Positions 59,121 through 64,000 of a DNA stretch of 64,000 bases are shown piece after piece; the first letter of the stretch is position 1, and every line of letters starts with the position of its first letter. The position numbers and the translations under genes were made by a program. The notes beneath the pieces were generated by a model. It was not told the DNA's origin, did not search any database, and was given only the letters and a program-made list of their open reading frames with translations. Source of the stretch: Eledone cirrhosa (lineage: Eukaryota). The stretch lies in contig OZ024743.1 in the NCBI GenBank assembly GCA_964016885.1, positions 226,176,001 through 226,240,000 of the forward strand, in the 5' to 3' direction.

Positions 59121-61361
59121 GGCGACCTACGTAGTAAATCGTATCATCGTGAGCTCCGCAAAGGTTTGTTATTTCCGTTTGTTAAAAATTGCCATTTATG
59201 GAAAATTTTTATTGTTAACTATATATAAGCGCACATACATTGTTTTCCGAAAAGGACACCCAAAAAGATTGGGGCCTTGTGCCCAAAATTTAAACTTTTA
59301 TGATTATCAAAAAATGTCTTTGACAAAAAATGGCTAATTCACCTCTGCACCAAGCAGCTGAAAGCCTTTCTCACAAATTAACACCTCACACAGACATCAC
59401 CATTGTAAATGATACTACGTCTGCCAACACACACAATTTAAGCACTAGCAATATTTTAAATTTGTCTCAGGCAGATATTCATTTCCCGCCATTACCAATG
59501 ACTGCAGGTGTTAAAGCCGCCACCACCACCACCACCGCGACAACCACCACCCCCACCACCACCGCGACAACCCCCACCCCCACCACCACCGCGACAACAG
59601 AAACAAAAGGAGAAAATAAATCAACTCGTGATGTCGAAATATTTTCAACCAAAATGGACTCTCCCAAACCGAACTTCACTGACGTCACCACCACCACAAC
59701 TGAAACTAAAATTAATAATAACAAAAATAACGATAGCAACAACAACAACAATGACATTAAAAAAACCACCCTGAGTTTTGCCAGAGTAGCAAAACAGTGC
59801 GAAGCATATACGGTAACTCAGGAGGAATTAGAAAATGCCAAACAAATGGTAAAGAAAGATGGGTACAGGGTCAGCCCCCCCCACACCTAATAAAATGGAG
59901 CATCGGCGCCTATGCACCGTGTCGTATCGAACAATAAATGTAAAATCGCGCCGAGTGGAACGGGCATCCGAGTCCCAAATCCAAAAAGCTTTGGGACATG
60001 TGTGGGCAAGAAAAACCCACATCAGACGTGGGCAGAAGTATGGAACCGTGGACGCGTTCTTTGAAACACCAGAGGAGGCTAGAGAACACTCCATGGCCCC
60101 ATTAAGAAGTGACGACTTCACACTCGTCCCAAGCTATTGTGGCTAGAGACTCGTAAAGATCAGGGTGACCCACGTTCCACCGGCCATCGAAATTCCCTGG
60201 CTAATAGCGGCCGTCCTCGCCGGAATCGAAGCCAACACAAAGATAATAGCAATAGCAAAAGAAAAGCAGAACTGGTCCGGATCTGGGATGGAGCTCCTGA
60301 TCCAAGCGGACCAAAAAAGCATTGAGGAGATCCCAGAGGTAATAGACCTCACTGACGGCAGCCACCTCACCGTAATTGTCGAGGGCAGAAGGCCTAGGTG
60401 TGTCGTTTGTGGTGAAGGAACCCACCTAAGGGCTTTCTGCCCTCAGGCTAAAAGGTTGAGGCCACCTCTCCTACCCACCCCAGTGACACAACCATCAACA
60501 CCATCCGTAGCAGAGATGGCAGCAACAACTGTAGCAGCAACAACAGAAGCAACTATAACAGCAACAACCCCAGCAACAGTAGCAAAACCAACACCACCAC
60601 CACCAGCAAAACCAACACCACGACCACCCAACGCTTCTGAACTAGCACCAGCGCCTACACCATCCACCACGCCACAACCAAAACTAACGCCTGTGGAGGA
60701 TTTCCCACTCCCCGGCCTATCAGAACTGGAGACAGATTGTGACGACGAGGAGTGGGAAACGGTATCAGGAAAAAACAAAAGAAACCAAAAAAGAAAAAAA
60801 ATTCTCTTCCTTCCCCCTCCAAAAACAAAATACAGAGGGAAACAAATAAATTAACAAACAAAAAAGTTAGGACAGATATGCCAGCATCACCAACCCCATC
60901 AACCCAAACACCAACACCATCACCATCATTAACCCCAAAACCACCATCACCTACACCACAAAAGTCACCAAAATGCGAAACTGAAACAAACCCACAACAA
61001 ACGCAAACAAAACAAAACAACCAAAACGATACACACTACACAGCATTAAATTTGAACAACAAGCAATTATTAAACTACATCCAACACAACACCAGTATCA
61101 CAGAAAAAGACTACACAACAACCCCAAAATTCACACCACCTCCACACATACGAATCACTCGCATCACACAGAAAACGTACATGACACTAAAACAAAAATT
61201 CCCCTAAGACATCGGAGACTTCCGACAAGCACTCTCCAGGAGGATTTATAAGGACATCCTTCCTGAGGAGGCCACAAGCAGTGAAAAGGATGGAAAAACC
61301 GTCTTTCCTCTACGAGAAGTAAGGTAAGTGGTCTTTCCCATCTTTTCCACTCCTTTTCAAC

Positions 61362-62033
61362 ATGACCTCACTCAGAATAGGCAGCATAAATGCGCGTGGC
61401 TTAGGGTCGTCATGGAAGCAGGGCCACCTGCTCAACGACCTCAGGTCACTAAACATAGATGTAGTGGCCATCAGCGAGACCAGAATCTCCGAAGCACGGG
61501 CCTTCGCACCGATCTTCGGCAGCTACGATGTGTACGCATCTCCAAGCGGTCCGGGATCGGGGGGAGGAGTTGCTGTGCTTTTTCGGAGAGGTTTAGATCT
61601 TGCCATACGGGCCATCTTCCTTGACCCAGAAGGTAAGTTGGTGGTGCTGGACGTGACCAGCGGAGACGGGAAAGCTTTCAGGTTAGTGGCCGTCTATGCC
61701 CCGACAGGAGCAGGGCGGCCTGATTTCTTCCGGCGTCTAGAGACCTTTCTTGGAACGTCCCGCTCTTTAGTGTTAGTGGGCGACTGGAACGGGATCTTAG
61801 ATGCACGCTGGGATTGTGTGGGATTAGTGGATAGGGAAGGAGGGTGCAAGAGTCTCACCAACCTGCTCAGGCGTTTTGAACTGTCTGACAGGTACCGAAT
61901 GGATTTCCTGAATGTACCAATGTGGACTTGGACAAATCGCATAGGGTCATCCAGATCATATCTAGATAGAGTATTTTGTAGGGAAATAGATAGGTCTAGC
62001 ATAGGCTGTCCACAATTCAAGGTAGTCAGCTAA
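61362..62033 (+). pseudogene. APE-type endonuclease domain of Tx1 ORF2
   Basis: SINARGL, ISET, GGGVAVL, VYAP, GDWN, WTW, SYLDR; frameshift just before TDH. Confidence 0.9.
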
Positions 62034-62355
62034 GCTACACGGACCACAAATTCATGATCTGTGTGCTTGACTTAGATAGGCTTCATAGACGAGGACCCGG
62101 CTACTGGAAGCTAAACGCGTCCTTACCAGCGCGCAAGGGCTACAGAGACCGGATTAGCGAACTAGTTAAGCGGGCGTTGACGGGGGCCATCGTCAACAAC
62201 AAGTGGTGGTTGCTCTGAAAAGAGCAATTAGAATATAGTCCATTAGGTTTAGTAAGGTTTTAGCAATAGAGAAAAATAGAGCAGAGGGAGAATTAGTTAG
62301 AAAATTAGACGAGGCGCTTAGTAAAGGCATCGCGACCGACGTACTTGCGGCGAAA

Positions 62356-63915
62356 TTGCCCCTTGACCAATTCTTCAATGCAAAGTACGAAAGCTCCGTT
62401 GTCAGAGCTAGGGTGCGTGCTCTCAGACACGAGGGGACGAAAGCCGTTCAATGGGCCCGAGTGGCGGAGGCGCGTTGTGGCAACAAAGCCACGATCCGGT
62501 CTTTGGTGGACCACGACGGGCGCATGCTACTCGATCCCGGGCAAATGTGTGAAACTTTTCAACGACACTTCGCACAGCTGTTCGGGGACAGCGTCGGGCC
62601 GGATCGAGGGATGGACTTTAGTGTCTACCTGGACGGACTGCCGCGGCTCTCGGCCACTGAGGAGGAGTGTTGCGAAAAGCCGATAACAACCGCTGAAGTA
62701 CGGGAGGCAATGACTGCCTGCACAAGGGGTAAATCGCCTGGTTTGGATGGTCTGCCCTATGAACTTGACGTACAAATGCCAAACTTGTTCGGAGGCCTCT
62801 TGGCGGACGACTACTGCAACTGGCAACAGAACGGGAGAATTCCCAGCTCTGTGAGCCGAGGAGCGGTGGCGCTGCTGAGAAAGGATAACATAGATAATTT
62901 TAGGCCCATAACTCTGCTAAACACAGAGTTCAATATTTTGGCGAAGGTGCTAGCAAAAAGGTTGGCGCTTGTCGTTGGTGGTCTGGTGGGAGAGGCACAG
63001 ACATGCGCCATTCCCGACAGATCCATCCACTACAACCTCCACCTCATGCGATACATCGTAGAGAGGGTAGCTAGGGAACCTGGCACGGGTGGGTCTTTGA
63101 GAAATTTAGATCAGTCGAAAGCCTTCGATAGGGTCGACCATCGTTACCTAGCGGCAGTCCTGAGGGCGGCTGGCTTTGGGCCCGTCTTCAGAGGCTGGAT
63201 CACTGCCATGCACAGCGACATCTGCTCTGTAGTGAGAGTGAACGGTCACCTTTCGGAACCGTTCAACATCATGCGCTCGGTCCACCAAGGATGTCCCCTC
63301 TCGTCCCTATTGTACGTATTGACTCTCGACCAATTACTGCACAAACTGGAGACGTTGAGGGGGGTCCCGCACGAACTAGGATGCGGAAGATCCGTGTCAG
63401 CATATGCGGACGATGTCACCGTAGTGGTGTCGAACGCCAAACACATCGAGGCGATCGGCAGGGTGGCTTCTCTCACCCAGAAATGGGCCGAAAGGAAGCT
63501 ATCCCTGAAAGGTCGAGCGGAGGTGGCTAACACGTACATCGCGTCCGTCATCTACTACCGCCTGACCGTCGTACCTTGTCCTAAGCCCCGCCTGACTGCG
63601 CTGGAGCGTTTGCTCTTTCGCTTCTTGTGGAAGGGACGCGCTCCGATGGTCAGGCGCTCCATCTGCTGTCAACACCCGCTACGTGGAGGGCTGGGCATGC
63701 CGTGGCTGATGATGCGCAGACACGCGCTCAGGCTACGACATCTTCACCTCTTCCTCGACGGTGATCAGGTGTGGTCGCCGTTTGCTAGACACGTTTTTCC
63801 CCAGCTCGTCTCCTTGACGGAGCTGCAGTCCTGGGTCAAGCGAAGACCGAGAGGGACCGCTTGGAGACTGGAATGTCTTCAGGCGTCACAGCCCTCGACC
63901 AATCGGGCAATGTGA
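62356..63915 (+). pseudogene. Reverse transcriptase domain of Tx1 ORF2 with in-frame deletion
   Basis: KSPGLDG, NFRPITLLN, LDQSKAFDRV, QGCPLS, AYADD. Confidence 0.9.
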
Positions 63916-64000
63916 TCGGTGGAAACTCCTCCTCGGCGTTCTATAGGGGATTAGTGGAGGGGAAGTGCGACGACGTACTTGGAGAAACTCTAGGCGTCGA

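Larger units (their letters stand above)
59121..64000 (+). mobile_element. Tx1-like LINE with its 5' end (ORF1 + ORF2, disrupted), running off the window
   Basis: ORF1 pieces 59330-61207 with CCHC knuckle CVVCGEGTHLRAFC; ORF2 APE and RT; starts immediately after (ATT)n. Confidence 0.92.

Overview
AT-rich, microsatellite-saturated eukaryotic intergenic or intronic DNA. The SINE and repeat content suggests a cephalopod (Octopus-like) genome, which is an inference. No host protein-coding gene is supported; most listed ORFs are (TA)n/(CA)n/(TC)n artefacts. The coding sequence present is retroelement-derived: Penelope-like elements (RT + GIY-YIG), a CRE-like RLE element, an R4/Dong-like cluster in (TAA)n, Tx1-like LINEs and a CR1-like 3' fragment. 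There are also tRNA-derived SINEs, Tc1/mariner MITEs and a non-autonomous Helitron. The main hidden signal is non-coding. Reading by eye, I count about 27 type I hammerhead ribozyme (HHR) motifs, some degenerate, from roughly 15 sequence families, most with a family-specific palindromic stem III. They include core variants (U3-A8, U4C). Two families form protein-free tandem HHR multimers (about 530-543 nt and about 422 nt) that look like Penelope-mobilised retrozymes or circular-RNA templates. All structures were assigned manually; no folding or database search was run.
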